Virus record (IMG/VR): IMGVR_UViG_3300028888_000002 | Strand: one strand, 5' to 3' | From: a virus | Taxonomy: Duplodnaviria > Caudoviricetes | Length of the DNA: 64,000 nucleotides | Shown: positions 18,164-28,473 of the stretch, one piece after another | Layout of the letters: each line of letters begins with the position of its first letter | How positions within the stretch are numbered: the first letter of the stretch is position 1 | Position numbers and translations under genes: made by a program | The notes under the pieces: generated by a model | Told to the model about the DNA's origin: nothing | The model's input: the letters and a program-made list of their open reading frames with translations, nothing else | Databases searched by the model: none

Positions 18164-18500
18164 GCTAGAATCCCCGAATAATTCGGGGATTACTTTGTAT
18201 GCGAAAACGTGACATTTTTTTATTCCGTATAGGATATAAGGCTACCATACCGAGAAAAAAAATGTCACGCTAGAATCCAGGATAAAAGCTGTGGGCACGA
18301 AATGTTCGCTTCGCTCACATTATCGTGCCTATCACGCCCTTACGGGCGTGATGGTAGAGAAGATTTGGATTTACAGGTCTTTAAGGCAGGTGAAGTTCCT
18401 GGCTCCGTGAAAGGTGAGCCAAAGGGGGGAGCAAAGCGACCCCCGACGTGAACCTTTCCGAGTAGGGAATATGGGTGGTGGTTTGGGTTGGGTGAAAATT
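18164..18500 (+). other. Hairpin/inverted-repeat cluster, putative replication origin
   Basis: Palindrome 18169-91, 14-bp IR 18208-21/18256-69, hairpins 18294-18329, 18331-52, 18401-20 and 18424-44, G-rich tract 18473-92. Confidence 0.5.
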
Positions 18501-18658
18501 GTGTGAAAATGAGTGTCAAGAGCGGGGAGTAGCAAAAGGACCGTATGCGTGAGTTTAAAAATGTTACTATGTAACAGATTATTTGTTATATTTCCCTACA
18601 AGAGCGACAGCCACGCATATAGCCCCGACCCTTACGGGGTAAAAGGAAGGTTACACTT

Positions 18659-20461
18659 ATGGCTGAAAGCGGACTTGCAGGATTAAGCACGGCAGACTTG
18701 TATAAGGCTGCTGCAATAGCCGAGGGCTATGAATCCGTCCCTGTTGACATTGAAACGTTCATTAACGACCCGTTCTACATTGGCGAAATCTACGGTGAGG
18801 GTCGTGTCTATCCCTATTGGTTGGACAAGCTGAAAAAGCTGTTCCCGAACCCGCTTTACAGCCCGTTCATTGAAGTCTGCATTACGGGGTGTATCGGTGC
18901 GGGTAAGTCCACGGTGTCCATTATCGGGGTCCTTTATGACCTGTATAGGGTGACGCTGCTGAAAGACCCGCACAAGAAATTCAAGCTAATACCGACCACG
19001 CCTATCGTGATTACGCTCATTACCGCAACTATGGACCTGGCGGGTGCCGTCCTTGCGGACCAACTTATAGACGTTATTGGCTGCTCCCCGTATTTCCGTT
19101 CAAAGCTGCTTCCAGGCAAGGGCGACAAGATAGATGAAGAAATGTTTCCCCACCACGTAGGTATCGCCTACGGTTCCCGTATGCGTCACTCTTTGGGCAA
19201 GGCTGTCATTGGGGCTATCATTGACGAAGCGAACTTCCAAAACGCAGTAGCGGACCAGGCGGTGCAGAACTACAACAGCATCCGTCGTCGTATGTTTTCC
19301 CGTTTTATGACTAAAGGCGGTGAAGTGCCCTGCCGTATGTGGGTCGTGTCGTCCCGAAACGAAAGCACGTCGTTCCTTGAAAGCCATATTGACGCAGAAC
19401 GCAACAACCCGAAAGTCGCTATCTTTGAGCCTGCCATTTGGGAAGTCCAGGCACACAAGGGTATTTACAGCGGGGCGACCTTCCCCGTCTTTATCGGTTC
19501 CGACATTGAGCAGCCGAAAGTCATTACAAGCGACGCAGAACTTGACGACTACCAGGGTCGTGTTATCCAGGTCCCCGTTGAATACCGAAAGGACTTTGAG
19601 AACAATTTGCCTGGTGCCTTGCAGGATTTGGCGGGCGTGGCTACCCGTAACGGTGTGAACCTAATCTACAACGTGGAAGCCCTGGATAGGTCAATGTGCC
19701 TGGAAAACTGTATGACTACGGACGAACTGCACTTGACCTTGAACGACAACGACCAAATCGCTGACTTCTACAAGGGGAACCTTCCGAAAGGCAAGTATTA
19801 CGTCCATTTGGACGGTGGCTTGCGTAGCGACCGTTTCGGCTTCGCTATGAGCCGTGTCACGGAGCAGATAACGGTCACGACCACTTCTGCCGTTAGCGGT
19901 GTGGAAGTGAGCAAGATTAGCCCCGCAGTAGAAACCCCGCTTGTGTTCGGTATCAAGGCGTTGCCAGGGTCCGAAGTCCCGTTTTGGAAGGTCCGTGTGT
20001 TCCTGGTTTACCTGCGTAGCCAGGGCGTGAACATAGCCTTGATTACGTGCGACGGCTACCAATCTGCCGATATGATGCAGCTACTCACGAAGTTGGGATT
20101 TAACGTGAAATACGCTTCTGTGGATAAGACCAAAGACCCGTATTTGAAGTTGAGCAGCAACATTCTTTTGAGTTTGATTAAAATGGCGAAGTCCCGTATT
20201 TTGAGGACCGAACTAATCAACCTGCAAAACCTACCGAAGAAGATAGACCACCCTGCTACAATCGTCGTGGACGGGAAGCAGGTTGCGGGTGGCAAGGATA
20301 TTGCGGACGCTGTGGCTTCTAGTTCCTACGAAGCTATCTGTGCTTCTATGACCCTGGGTGCGTCGTCGCTGCTCCAAATGCAGCAGTCAAAGCCTACCCA
20401 AATGACTATGCACCAACGCCAGGAATACGTTATGGAACACTTTTTTAAAATGAAAAGGTAG
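18659..20461 (+). CDS. terL: Terminase large subunit
   Basis: Walker A GCIGAGKST, Walker B AIIDEANF, nuclease motifs VHLDGG, DGYQS and GKDIADAV. Confidence 0.93.
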   Translation: MAESGLAGLSTADLYKAAAIAEGYESVPVDIETFINDPFYIGEIYGEGRVYPYWLDKLKKLFPNPLYSPFIEVCITGCIGAGKSTVSIIGVLYDLYRVTLLKDPHKKFKLIPTTPIVITLITATMDLAGAVLADQLIDVIGCSPYFRSKLLPGKGDKIDEEMFPHHVGIAYGSRMRHSLGKAVIGAIIDEANFQNAVADQAVQNYNSIRRRMFSRFMTKGGEVPCRMWVVSSRNESTSFLESHIDAERNNPKVAIFEPAIWEVQAHKGIYSGATFPVFIGSDIEQPKVITSDAELDDYQGRVIQVPVEYRKDFENNLPGALQDLAGVATRNGVNLIYNVEALDRSMCLENCMTTDELHLTLNDNDQIADFYKGNLPKGKYYVHLDGGLRSDRFGFAMSRVTEQITVTTTSAVSGVEVSKISPAVETPLVFGIKALPGSEVPFWKVRVFLVYLRSQGVNIALITCDGYQSADMMQLLTKLGFNVKYASVDKTKDPYLKLSSNILLSLIKMAKSRILRTELINLQNLPKKIDHPATIVVDGKQVAGGKDIADAVASSSYEAICASMTLGASSLLQMQQSKPTQMTMHQRQEYVMEHFFKMKR

Positions 20462-20482
20462 CTATCGGTCTATATTACAAGT

Positions 20483-21424
20483 ATGAACGTTTGCGATTTA
20501 GATATTGAACTTTGGAAGTTTCGGGACATTTACTTTGACGAGGGACCCCACGTCTATACGGACTCTTTGGGGACCAAATACACGTCCGTCACCACGTTCG
20601 TGCAGCAGTGCGGTGAACACCTGGAACTTGAAAAATACGTGGGCGAGTTCTCACTGCAAAGCGGTGTCCCGAAGGACGACCTGTTTGCTATCTTTGACGG
20701 CAGTTTTAAGGATTTGTCGCTTCCCGTAATTTACGAAATGCTTACGTGCGACAGGGCTGACGTTCCCGAAGACTTGCTGAAGGCTTTGGTTGCCCGTGAC
20801 AAGTATAAGTTCTGCGACATTTTGAAATGGCGTGAAATCGCACAGAACTACGCCACGAAGCACAATATGAACGTTGCCGACGTGCAGGCTATGTGGGACA
20901 AGAACAAGAACGAGGCTGCGTCTATGGGAACCCAGGTTCACGCCTATATGGAAAACCTGTGGCGACGTAAGCACTACGAACCCGAAGTTCCCGTGGGTGA
21001 CTACGAAACCGTCCGAAAGAACGGGTTGGAAGCCTACAAGTATCTGTGCCGTCGGTTCGTCCCTATCCGTAACGAATTTATTGTCTATAAGCCCGAATGG
21101 GCTTTGTGCGGGACGATTGACTTTCTGTGTTGGGACCGTGCCGACGATTGCATAGCCATTTTGGATTGGAAGACAAACAAGAAAATTGACAGGGAAAACC
21201 AATATCGCAGGTGCGTGGGTCCGCTTGACGGATTGCCCGATTGCAACTTCACGCACTATTCTGCTCAATTAAGCACCTATAAGCTGCTCATAGAGCGAAT
21301 GACAAACCTGCGTGTTGAAGAATTGGCGTTGGTCCACTTGAAGCGTGACGGTTGGGAGTTCATACCCTGTATGGACTTGAGCGTTGAAATAGGTGCCTAT
21401 TTGGGCAATAGAAACAAGGGGTAA
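20483..21424 (+). CDS. PD-(D/E)XK exonuclease
   Basis: SVTT, GTQVH, E...GTID...ILDWKT, QLSTY motifs. Confidence 0.88.
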   Translation: MNVCDLDIELWKFRDIYFDEGPHVYTDSLGTKYTSVTTFVQQCGEHLELEKYVGEFSLQSGVPKDDLFAIFDGSFKDLSLPVIYEMLTCDRADVPEDLLKALVARDKYKFCDILKWREIAQNYATKHNMNVADVQAMWDKNKNEAASMGTQVHAYMENLWRRKHYEPEVPVGDYETVRKNGLEAYKYLCRRFVPIRNEFIVYKPEWALCGTIDFLCWDRADDCIAILDWKTNKKIDRENQYRRCVGPLDGLPDCNFTHYSAQLSTYKLLIERMTNLRVEELALVHLKRDGWEFIPCMDLSVEIGAYLGNRNKG

Positions 21425-21429
21425 AGATT

Positions 21430-21834
21430 ATGGCAGTTTCAGCCGAAGTAATGAAAGAAGTAATGCAGGAAGCAGCCGACTACTGCGGTGTTGAAATCGG
21501 GGACTTGTCGGACGGCTTCCATACGTTCAACAGCCTTTACAGGCAGCGTTGCGTCCTGTTCGCCACGCTTGTGAACCTGTTCCCCGAACATTCCTGGAAA
21601 TCCAGGAAGCACGAAGACGGCAAGCCGTGTTTCGGGGGCGGTTGGTTCGTTGTCTGCATAGACACGCCCGACGGTCCGTATTCGTATCACTACGAAGACA
21701 AAGATTGGGATATGTTCAAGTGCAGGTCCCTGGAACGTGCGAAGCCGTTTGACGGTCATACGGACGAGGACGTTGGCAGGCTCTTGTCGCTTGCTATGCA
21801 GACGTTTGTCAAGCATACCCAAAATCTTGCCTAA
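21430..21834 (+). CDS. Conserved phage protein (WDGH-like family)
   Basis: SDGFHTFNSLY...WKSRKHEDG...SYHY...FDGHT. Confidence 0.75.
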   Translation: MAVSAEVMKEVMQEAADYCGVEIGDLSDGFHTFNSLYRQRCVLFATLVNLFPEHSWKSRKHEDGKPCFGGGWFVVCIDTPDGPYSYHYEDKDWDMFKCRSLERAKPFDGHTDEDVGRLLSLAMQTFVKHTQNLA

Positions 21835-21844
21835 AATGGCGTAT

Positions 21845-21884
21845 ATCCGTAAGCCGTGCGTTTTGTCGTTTACGGATTTTTATT
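21845..21884 (+). terminator. Intrinsic terminator
   Basis: ATCCGTAAGC...GTTTACGGAT followed by TTTTATTT. Confidence 0.6.
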
Positions 21885-21896
21885 TATATTTAGGCT

Positions 21897-22283
21897 ATGG
21901 CAACAAAGCGTGATAGGGTAAATCGTGTAAAGGGCTTGGTCTATCTACCGATAGACGGTTCCCGCCTGGTTAAAGGCGAGCGGGTCACTTTGACGCACGT
22001 CCAGGAAGCTGACATTTTCCCCGACGTGATTAAGGACCCTATGGAAATGCGGGAGCCGATAAATGGCGACGCTGTTGGCGACGCTATCTTTGACGCTATG
22101 AAGGAACCGACCTATATTCCCGAAGTCATAGGGGACGACGAGTCGGACGAAGAAAACCCTATCGCTTTGGGATTTGAAGACGGTAACTTTAACATTTTGC
22201 TAGACACGGGTGCGTCGTCCTACGACGACGATTACAGCGAAGACGATTACCTGGTGTGCGACCCTATGGAGGGCGAAACCTAG
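21897..22283 (+). CDS. Acidic hypothetical protein
   Basis: 128-aa ORF after a TATATT box. Confidence 0.65.
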   Translation: MATKRDRVNRVKGLVYLPIDGSRLVKGERVTLTHVQEADIFPDVIKDPMEMREPINGDAVGDAIFDAMKEPTYIPEVIGDDESDEENPIALGFEDGNFNILLDTGASSYDDDYSEDDYLVCDPMEGET

Positions 22284-22296
22284 ATTTGAGGTTGTT

Positions 22297-24747
22297 ATGG
22301 CAGCGAAGAAAGACATTGCAGTGACACGAATTTATCAGTTGGAACAGGGCGTTTACAACGGCAATTCCTATGTTGTGATTGATGACGGTGTTCGTAACCA
22401 TAAACTCAAAAAGTTGCCGTTGTCGCAGATTAAGGGACAGAAAGGCGACAAGGGTGACAAGGGCGACAAGGGCGATACGGGTGCCCAGGGTCCGCAGGGT
22501 GAACAGGGTCCGCAGGGCGTTCAAGGTGAACAGGGCGTTGAGGGTGTTTCCCCTACTGTGACTATTGAATCTGTTGCCCCGTCGGGTGATACTCCGCAGG
22601 GCTACGAAGTCACGATTACCGATGCCGAACACCCGCAGGGACAGACTTTTGAAGTCCACGACGGACGCACTTCTTTTGCGGATTGGCGTAGGGCTTACGC
22701 CAACCAACTTGCTCCGTATGCTGACAATAAGTTTGATTTGAATAGCAGTTTGGTTTCTTACGACGGTAGCAGCGACGATATTTATGTGGACGATGACGAC
22801 CACAAGCTGTATTTCAAGGCGGGTGTTTATGTTGTTATCGCCACGGTCATAGTTGAAAACACGTCCACTGCAAGTGCCTACAAGGAAATATCCGTGAATC
22901 CTGGTTCGGGTATTGCAGGTCTTATTTGGCAGCAGGATTGGTCCATTGGTTCCAATAAGGAACGCAGGACGCTCGCCTACATTCTTGACGTTGCTAACGA
23001 CGATACGCCACTTACTCTTACGGTTGACGGCTTTACCGACGTTGAAGGTCATACGGAACTTTCCCGTATTGACTGTTATAAGTTGGCGGGTGCCCTTGAA
23101 CCTGGTGGCGGTGGTGGTGCTTCGGTCACGATTACACCGACGTTCGGGAATGGGGTAAAGATTGCGGACTTCACCATTAACGGAACTAGCGGGGTTATCA
23201 ATATCCCGCATACGCACGTTATGTGTGACGCTACGGGTTCGGGTGCTACCGACGAAAGCGTGTTACCGCAGGCAGGCTCCGAAGATACTTTGTATTTTGT
23301 CAAGGAATCCGTTTCGTTGGGAAGCAGGTCGCTTGACAGGTATAACATTTACATTTGGCGTGACGACAAGGTTCCTTCGCAGGACCCGTCCGCAGTATTC
23401 CCCGATAACTCAAAGTATGTTCTTGTGGACGAGGCTTCGTATTCTTCCACTGAAATCATTTCTATGTTCGGTGACGTGGGTGCTGAAATAGCAGCTATCG
23501 TTGAAAGCCGTATTCTTTATACGGTTGAACTTGGGTCTATCACGACTCAAAAGCAATTTGAGTTTAATGGTTCTGTTGGCGGTTTTGTTTGGACTTTGTT
23601 TAACCCCAATATGGATATGGAAGTCGTGGCGGGTGATACCCCTACGAACCTTGCGTTTGCTACTACGGATAATATCCCTATTAACGAATCGGGTAAGTAT
23701 CTGTGTATCGGTATTTACGAATATGACCTGGAACATAACACGTTTTCTTATGTTGCTGACACGGGAAATATCGTTTCAACGATAACTGACAAGGGTGCAA
23801 GTAACAAGGGCTTGCAGGTTGTTCAAATAGCTAATGTGAAGCAGGACACTACAACGGGTGAATACAAGCAGCGTTTGTTGTCCGCTAAACTTTATGCGGT
23901 TGTGTTTGCGTCCAACATTAACCCGTTAAAGGTTGCGGGTTGCCCGTTTGAAAACGCAATCTACACTGTTCCGTCGTTGGGTTTGGCTAACTTAAATTAT
24001 TCAATAGACCCCTCGGCTATGGCTACTAGCTTGCCGTCGTTTAGCGGGACTGAAGGCGATACACCGAATGGTTCCTTGTCGGAATTTCATATCTTTACGG
24101 CATTGACTAACGTGCAGATTGTCCTACCGCCTGCACCTCCGCCACCGCCCGTCCCGACTTCCCCGTTTGTGACAATGCCCGTCACTACTTCTACGGGTGA
24201 TTACACGGTAAATCCGACGAAAGTTACTTACGATTCTAGTGAGTTTGACAACATTACTTTGGACACGTCTAGTGGCGTTCTGTTGCAGAAGATTGTTCCG
24301 CAGGCTGATGTCAATATCACCGCCTGGACGATTGTTGATACTAGCCCGAACGCTGTTACGAACAACCCGCCAGGTGAAATGGTCTATGACGAGAACTTCC
24401 AGGAAATTTGCGGGCATAACGCCACGTTGCAGGCTTCGCTAGACTCCGAGGGTGTTATGCCTGGGACGGGAAACCAGGCGTATGTGCATAGGTTCGTTGT
24501 TGACAACAATCAATCCATTCAGTTGTTGGCGGGTCATACCTATTGGTTCCCGATTATTTCCAATCCGAACCTTGCTGAATGGTGGTATGCTACCGTTTCG
24601 GAAAATGGCACGACCGTGTATAATCCGACAACGAGCGGTGCTGCTATTAGCAGCTTGTATTACTTTGCTACCGAGGGTATCAAACAGACTATGCCCGTCG
24701 CACGTATGACCCTGGAAGACGACCAAAACAATACTTACGATATTTAA
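22297..24747 (+). CDS. Collagen-repeat tail/head fibre protein
   Basis: (Gly-X-Y)n run near the N-terminus, Gly linker, poly-Pro hinge, beta-rich domains; start trimmed to MAAKKD. Confidence 0.8.
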   Translation: MAAKKDIAVTRIYQLEQGVYNGNSYVVIDDGVRNHKLKKLPLSQIKGQKGDKGDKGDKGDTGAQGPQGEQGPQGVQGEQGVEGVSPTVTIESVAPSGDTPQGYEVTITDAEHPQGQTFEVHDGRTSFADWRRAYANQLAPYADNKFDLNSSLVSYDGSSDDIYVDDDDHKLYFKAGVYVVIATVIVENTSTASAYKEISVNPGSGIAGLIWQQDWSIGSNKERRTLAYILDVANDDTPLTLTVDGFTDVEGHTELSRIDCYKLAGALEPGGGGGASVTITPTFGNGVKIADFTINGTSGVINIPHTHVMCDATGSGATDESVLPQAGSEDTLYFVKESVSLGSRSLDRYNIYIWRDDKVPSQDPSAVFPDNSKYVLVDEASYSSTEIISMFGDVGAEIAAIVESRILYTVELGSITTQKQFEFNGSVGGFVWTLFNPNMDMEVVAGDTPTNLAFATTDNIPINESGKYLCIGIYEYDLEHNTFSYVADTGNIVSTITDKGASNKGLQVVQIANVKQDTTTGEYKQRLLSAKLYAVVFASNINPLKVAGCPFENAIYTVPSLGLANLNYSIDPSAMATSLPSFSGTEGDTPNGSLSEFHIFTALTNVQIVLPPAPPPPPVPTSPFVTMPVTTSTGDYTVNPTKVTYDSSEFDNITLDTSSGVLLQKIVPQADVNITAWTIVDTSPNAVTNNPPGEMVYDENFQEICGHNATLQASLDSEGVMPGTGNQAYVHRFVVDNNQSIQLLAGHTYWFPIISNPNLAEWWYATVSENGTTVYNPTTSGAAISSLYYFATEGIKQTMPVARMTLEDDQNNTYDI

Positions 24748-24759
24748 GGGGACGTTTAT

Positions 24760-25098
24760 ATGATTAAGGATTACAGCAAGGCTGTTATGGCGACGAAGAC
24801 AAGTCCCGAAGGCGTTGCCCTTTACGAAAAGGTAAAGGACCTTTCGGGTCGTGAGTATAACCGTGCCGTGTCGGGACCGTTCTTGGACGATATGCTTGAT
24901 ATGCTCAACGACAAGCAGTCGTTGGATTTTTTACCGTATATGCCTACATTCCTGTCTGCGTTGCAGGCGGGTATGTTTGATACTGCTGCGAAGTATCTTG
25001 AATCTTTGGAGCTGTCCGAAGACCTTGAAGCTATCAAGGGTGAAGTCATTAGGCGTTTGCACGAAGCGGACGACGTTAAGGAGGCTGACAATGGCTGA
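24760..25098 (+). CDS. Hypothetical protein (possible fibre chaperone)
   Basis: 112-aa ORF immediately after the fibre gene. Confidence 0.6.
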   Translation: MIKDYSKAVMATKTSPEGVALYEKVKDLSGREYNRAVSGPFLDDMLDMLNDKQSLDFLPYMPTFLSALQAGMFDTAAKYLESLELSEDLEAIKGEVIRRLHEADDVKEADNG

Positions 25099-25543
25099 AA
25101 TGAACAAAATCTTGACTAACGTTCAGCAGAACTTGTCCGACCCCGCAAAGGATTTGGCTCGCAAGAATATCGGTGCCTGCGGTAACGCCCCCGATGACGC
25201 ATTCTATGTCAATCGTGGTGGCGAGTGGGTCAAGGCATACGACTTGCAACAGATACCCATTGAGGGTTTCCCCGTGGACGACACCGAGGAATATCAAAAG
25301 ATTGGGGAGTTCAACGGCTATCTATATCCGTATGTGGCTATCGGGGTTGAGGGGACGGCAACTGTCGGTCTGTTCAACTACGATACAAAGGAATACGACG
25401 ACGAGATAACCTTGACGGACGGGGCACAGACAACAGAAATTTCAACAAGGGGTAAATATGAAATACACGCAAAAGGAACAGGGATTGTCACTGTGGTTGT
25501 GCAGGCTGACGAGTTTGAAGCGGAGGGCAGCGGAAATGAATAA
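25091..25543 (+). CDS. Virion fibre-associated protein
   Basis: Start trimmed to MAEMNK; QQNLSDPAKDLARKNIG fibre-type motif. Confidence 0.6.
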   Translation: MAEMNKILTNVQQNLSDPAKDLARKNIGACGNAPDDAFYVNRGGEWVKAYDLQQIPIEGFPVDDTEEYQKIGEFNGYLYPYVAIGVEGTATVGLFNYDTKEYDDEITLTDGAQTTEISTRGKYEIHAKGTGIVTVVVQADEFEAEGSGNE

Positions 25544-26612
25544 GTTAAGCGGAATGTTATCACAAGTAATGATTTTTATCTTGTCCGTTGCCCTTGCGAC
25601 CGTTGACGGGTGGGGGGCGTGTACTTCGGGCGACTATTACCCAAGAAACGGTTCTGTGTCTGTAGTTGGTTGTGCTAAACCTTTATCATCTTTTTGTTCT
25701 TATTCCCCGTCATCTACTGTTACCGATAATAACTATTATTATGCAAATTGTACGGCGGGAATAATTGTATATTGTTCAAATACGGATAGGGTTTGGAATT
25801 GTCATACAAATAGTGGCTCTAATGTGCGAGTTACTCAATATCCCATCCCATCGGGTTGTGGTGGTAATATTTGCGGTTCTCTTCCCTTTTATGCTTTTTG
25901 TACTTCTCGATGTGACAATAGTTGTGAAGCAGATAGTCTAAAATGTTTGCAGAATGGTGGCACTTGGACGAACACGGGAGCGTCCACCTGCGACGGAAAG
26001 TCCTGCAAAATGTCCAACTGCCTACAATCGGACACGCTTTGGCTCAACGACTCAAAGGCTGCTTGCGATGCCATCGGTGGCGAGAACAACTATGCCATAA
26101 CCGATATAGACGAAACTTGCGTCCGCAGCGGTATCTGCTGCCCGCCCGATTCAGCCCTAGTAGGCAATACTTGTAAGTGGCGTTGCGATAGCCTATACAA
26201 CGCCTGCACCGCAAAGAACGGCTACCTGTATGCGGGTGTCCTGCAAGACACGACCATAAGCGGTGCCGACTCTACATTTACGAACAAGTGCTACTACAAC
26301 TGCTCTTATGCTTACAATAAGGACTCCACCACGTCCGTAACGGACGGAAACACCGCCTGTTCTAGCCCGTCAACTCCAATCGCTGACTGCACTAGAATGC
26401 CGAATGATTTTTCGTCCGTCCGAACCACCTACGGGGACTCTGTATATTCCTACGATTTCCTAACCCCAGGTTCGGCAGCATATATAGACTCTATCGTCCT
26501 TACGCCTTGCTCAAGGTTTATGTATCGTTGCACGGTCAACGGTAAATACAAGTATTGGTATAGTGACGCAGACATTCCTACGGGCTGCACGAACATTGTC
26601 AAGATTAAATAA
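25536..26612 (+). CDS. Secreted cysteine-rich protein
   Basis: Signal-peptide-like N-terminus MNKLSGML...GWGA and very high Cys content. Confidence 0.75.
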   Translation: MNKLSGMLSQVMIFILSVALATVDGWGACTSGDYYPRNGSVSVVGCAKPLSSFCSYSPSSTVTDNNYYYANCTAGIIVYCSNTDRVWNCHTNSGSNVRVTQYPIPSGCGGNICGSLPFYAFCTSRCDNSCEADSLKCLQNGGTWTNTGASTCDGKSCKMSNCLQSDTLWLNDSKAACDAIGGENNYAITDIDETCVRSGICCPPDSALVGNTCKWRCDSLYNACTAKNGYLYAGVLQDTTISGADSTFTNKCYYNCSYAYNKDSTTSVTDGNTACSSPSTPIADCTRMPNDFSSVRTTYGDSVYSYDFLTPGSAAYIDSIVLTPCSRFMYRCTVNGKYKYWYSDADIPTGCTNIVKIK

Positions 26613-26624
26613 GGAGGCTCACAA

Positions 26625-26852
26625 ATGACCGCAAAAGACCTACTCAAACTTGCTGCTTCGGCACCTATCGCAGTCGCTTCTTCGGGAGCTGCGTATGTTG
26701 CAGCTACTACGGACTCCGACGAAAACGCAAAGAAGATAGAACAGCTTGAAGAACGCCTGGAACAGTTGCAGGAACAGAACAAGGGCTACGTCTATATGCT
26801 CCAAAAGGCTGAAAACGAAATAGTCCTGCTCAAATCTAACAAGGCGAAGTAG
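26625..26852 (+). CDS. Small protein with hydrophobic N-terminus and coiled coil
   Basis: AGGAGG RBS, 75 aa. Confidence 0.65.
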   Translation: MTAKDLLKLAASAPIAVASSGAAYVAATTDSDENAKKIEQLEERLEQLQEQNKGYVYMLQKAENEIVLLKSNKAK

Positions 26853-26904
26853 CCCTAATTCGTTGGGTTATTGCTATATTATATCTACTCACAGGGGTTT
26901 TACC

Positions 26905-28473
26905 TTGAATATCTTTGGACAGTTTACACAGCGGTTTTTGAACACCTTTGCGGACTACACGATGCTCAATCAAATCGGGCAACGTGTTACGTCCGTTGAA
27001 GAACTTATTGCGTCTAACGAACACGACCGCCAGGTTATTCGCCAAATGGCTTCTAACGGGTCGTCCCAAATGTATCTGCTCACGCAGTTGTATGAGCAGT
27101 TCACCCGTTACCGTGACGACGTAAACAAGTATGAACCGCTGAAAGCCCATTACCTTGTAATGGCTATGATTGAAACTATGTCTTACGATATTCTTGCGGT
27201 GGACCCCCGCACGAACCTTACGTTTGACATTACCGTTGACGACCGCTACAACAAGTCCAACGTGGCTAACCAAATCGTCAACACGTTCCGTCGCTCCACG
27301 CAGTTGGATAAATACATTTCCAAAATCCTGTTTGACGCTATCTTTTACGGTCAGTATTTCGTTGAGTATATTCGTGACAAGCAGGGTCATATCGTAGGGT
27401 TGAAAGACACGTTCCAACCAGGCTCTATCTTTACGATTACGTTGGAAGGTCTTAACGCCACGCCAATGTATTACAAGCTGTCTGTGGACCAAACCAACCA
27501 TATTGAAATCCTGGATAACAAGGAAATCGTGTGTTTGGATATGCAGTCCGACCGCTACCGCTATTCCTTGTCGTCTATGAACGTGTCCTTGCAGTCCAGG
27601 GACGCAGTTATCGCACAGAACGGTAGCCTGGGTCGTCCGTTCTGCTTTGAAATCTACGACAAGCTGACCGCCCTGGAAATGTTGGAGCAGTTGGACCTTG
27701 CGTCCATTAACGCTTCGCTTCAACGTAACTCCCTTGTGTCCGTTACGGCTCCCGACGGTCTTGACCTGGAACAGTTGAAGGAATTTACAGCCTGGTATGA
27801 AAAGGCGATAAATAATACGGGTGGTGATACGGTCACGTCCTATAACCTTGATACTATCCGTATGTATGCAGCCGAAGCCACGAAGCTGCGTGTAATCCCG
27901 CAGCAAAGTCAGCGTGGGGCTATCGCTGCTTCCCTGGGTGCTGCCGAAAACGCAAGCGTTGAGGGTCTTCCCGACCGCATTAACAACCTGCGTAACCTAA
28001 TCCTGGATATTAAGTCCATTCCTGCCGAATTTATCTTTACGGGTCGTGACGAACAGAAAGTTGGCGGTGCGTTAAGACGCTACGCCCGCTATGCCCGAAA
28101 GGTAAAGGCGGGGCAGGCTGCGTTACAGGCATTCCTGGAAAAGATTGTTACCGACCTGCTCAAATCCTACGGGCACGACGTTACGGGCAACCTTGTTATT
28201 CAGCAGTATTGTGCTATCAATACGTCCGAACTTGACCGCCTGGAATATGCGGACGCTTCCGCTACGGTTATTAGCAACGTCTTTACAGTTCTTGATACGA
28301 TTGTCAATAACGAAAAGATTGCACCTTACGTCAATATCAAGGCTTATATCGCTTATGTGGAATCGCTGCTTGATGGTCTTGCGGGTGCTTCGCAGATTAT
28401 TAACGTGGACGTTAATAACGCAGACGCAAAGTCCAATAGCGGTAAGAACGCACCGTTAAAACAGAATGGCTAA
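26905..28473 (+). CDS. Portal protein (T4 gp20-like)
   Basis: About 520 aa; LFDAIFYGQYFVE and LGRPF...LTALEMLE patterns match the gp20-type portal layout; TTG start after AGGGG. Confidence 0.72.
   Translation: MNIFGQFTQRFLNTFADYTMLNQIGQRVTSVEELIASNEHDRQVIRQMASNGSSQMYLLTQLYEQFTRYRDDVNKYEPLKAHYLVMAMIETMSYDILAVDPRTNLTFDITVDDRYNKSNVANQIVNTFRRSTQLDKYISKILFDAIFYGQYFVEYIRDKQGHIVGLKDTFQPGSIFTITLEGLNATPMYYKLSVDQTNHIEILDNKEIVCLDMQSDRYRYSLSSMNVSLQSRDAVIAQNGSLGRPFCFEIYDKLTALEMLEQLDLASINASLQRNSLVSVTAPDGLDLEQLKEFTAWYEKAINNTGGDTVTSYNLDTIRMYAAEATKLRVIPQQSQRGAIAASLGAAENASVEGLPDRINNLRNLILDIKSIPAEFIFTGRDEQKVGGALRRYARYARKVKAGQAALQAFLEKIVTDLLKSYGHDVTGNLVIQQYCAINTSELDRLEYADASATVISNVFTVLDTIVNNEKIAPYVNIKAYIAYVESLLDGLAGASQIINVDVNNADAKSNSGKNAPLKQNG

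Noticed and set aside
18659-20461. Intein or intron in terL, or terL split with 32599..33570
   Set aside because: TerL is continuous and complete with both domains; the second ORF duplicates the ATPase half rather than complementing it.
22432-22546. Short tandem DNA repeats
   Set aside because: Explained by collagen Gly-X-Y coding in the fibre gene.
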